Assembly: GCA_023428335.1 (NCBI GenBank)
Contig: JAEYYS010000114.1
Location: 1 to 37,711, forward strand
Origin: Verrucomicrobiota bacterium
GTDB lineage: Bacteria > Verrucomicrobiota > Verrucomicrobiia > Verrucomicrobiales > Verrucomicrobiaceae
DNA: 37,711 nucleotides
Direction: 5' to 3'
Below, one piece after another: positions 37,476 to 37,711 of this stretch. The position numbers and the translations under genes are program-made. The stretch's first letter is position 1, and each line of letters opens with the position of its first letter. Under the pieces are notes generated by a model. That model did not search any database. It had not been told where the DNA came from and worked only from the letters and a program-made list of their open reading frames with translations.

Positions 37476-37555
37476 GCTGCGATCCTCCTGCGGATGCTTC
37501 CGAGGGCATCCCAGATCCTGGATTTGAGGGCCGTGGTCTTGGCAGTGGCAGGCAT
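37472..37555 (-). pseudogene. hsdM: probable hsdM 5' stub
   Basis: MPATAKTTALKSRIWDALGSIRRRIAA* resembles the HsdM N-terminal L.S.IWDAA.SIRG helix; TGA overlaps the KilA-N ATG. Confidence 0.5.
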
Positions 37556-37661
37556 GAAGATCTTGAGAGTGTTCCCTATTCAAGCGGCATGGGCAACTTT
37601 AGGCAAGCGCATCAGTCCAGAGATTGCCTGTTTCCGTGGCGTTTCCAGTCGCAAGACAAGA

Positions 37662-37688
37662 GATCCGCAGATTGCGCAGATTTCAGAG
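37662..37688 (+). repeat. 27-bp direct repeat of 30190-30216
   Basis: GATCCGCAGATTGCGCAGATTTCAGAG versus GATCCGCAGATTTCGCAGATTTCAGAG (1 mismatch). Confidence 0.85.
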
Positions 37689-37711
37689 AGGGCTTGTGGA
37701 GAGGTGAAAGG

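Larger units (their letters stand above)
30217..37661 (-). other. defence island built on an eroded type I RM operon
   Basis: All genes are co-oriented: hsdM'-kilA-hsdS'-nucC-CD-NTase-hsdR'-DUF5677-like-hsdR'x2-DUF262/1524-hsdR'x2. Cargo is lower GC and no integrase is visible. Confidence 0.75.

Noticed and set aside
30217..37661. Island as a prophage, ICE or transposon
   Set aside because: No integrase, transposase, or phage or conjugation genes in the window; KilA-N alone is not evidence of a prophage.

Overview
High-GC bacterial chromosome segment, probably PVC/Verrucomicrobia-like (inferred from the PEP-CTERM/PATR surface protein, DUF1501 gene and repeat style). Bases 1-28.1 kb are mostly ordinary: denD-like dehydrogenase, pyk, mlaEFDCA, a double-HTH/S24 regulator, a 1.67-kaa PEP-CTERM protein, DUF1501, an ECF sigma operon, TolC-MFP-ABC, rapA, an amidohydrolase, lemA and an M48 protease. 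From 28.1 kb the window is accessory. Composite repeats of up to about 380 bp separate a vapBC module and a membrane-protein gene. Next comes a ~7.4-kb minus-strand defence island bounded by a 27-bp direct repeat. The island reads as the ghost of a type I restriction-modification operon: only short stubs of hsdM and hsdS and five stacked copies of the hsdR 5' end remain. The cargo between the stubs is intact: KilA-N, a two-gene NucC + CD-NTase/AGS-C CBASS, a DUF5677/HEPN-like gene and a DUF262-DUF1524 nuclease. Each cargo unit is followed within 2-9 nt by a new hsdR start, and several stubs are translationally coupled to the next gene. An attC-like hairpin sits at the extreme left edge. All family calls are from motif recognition, not database searches.
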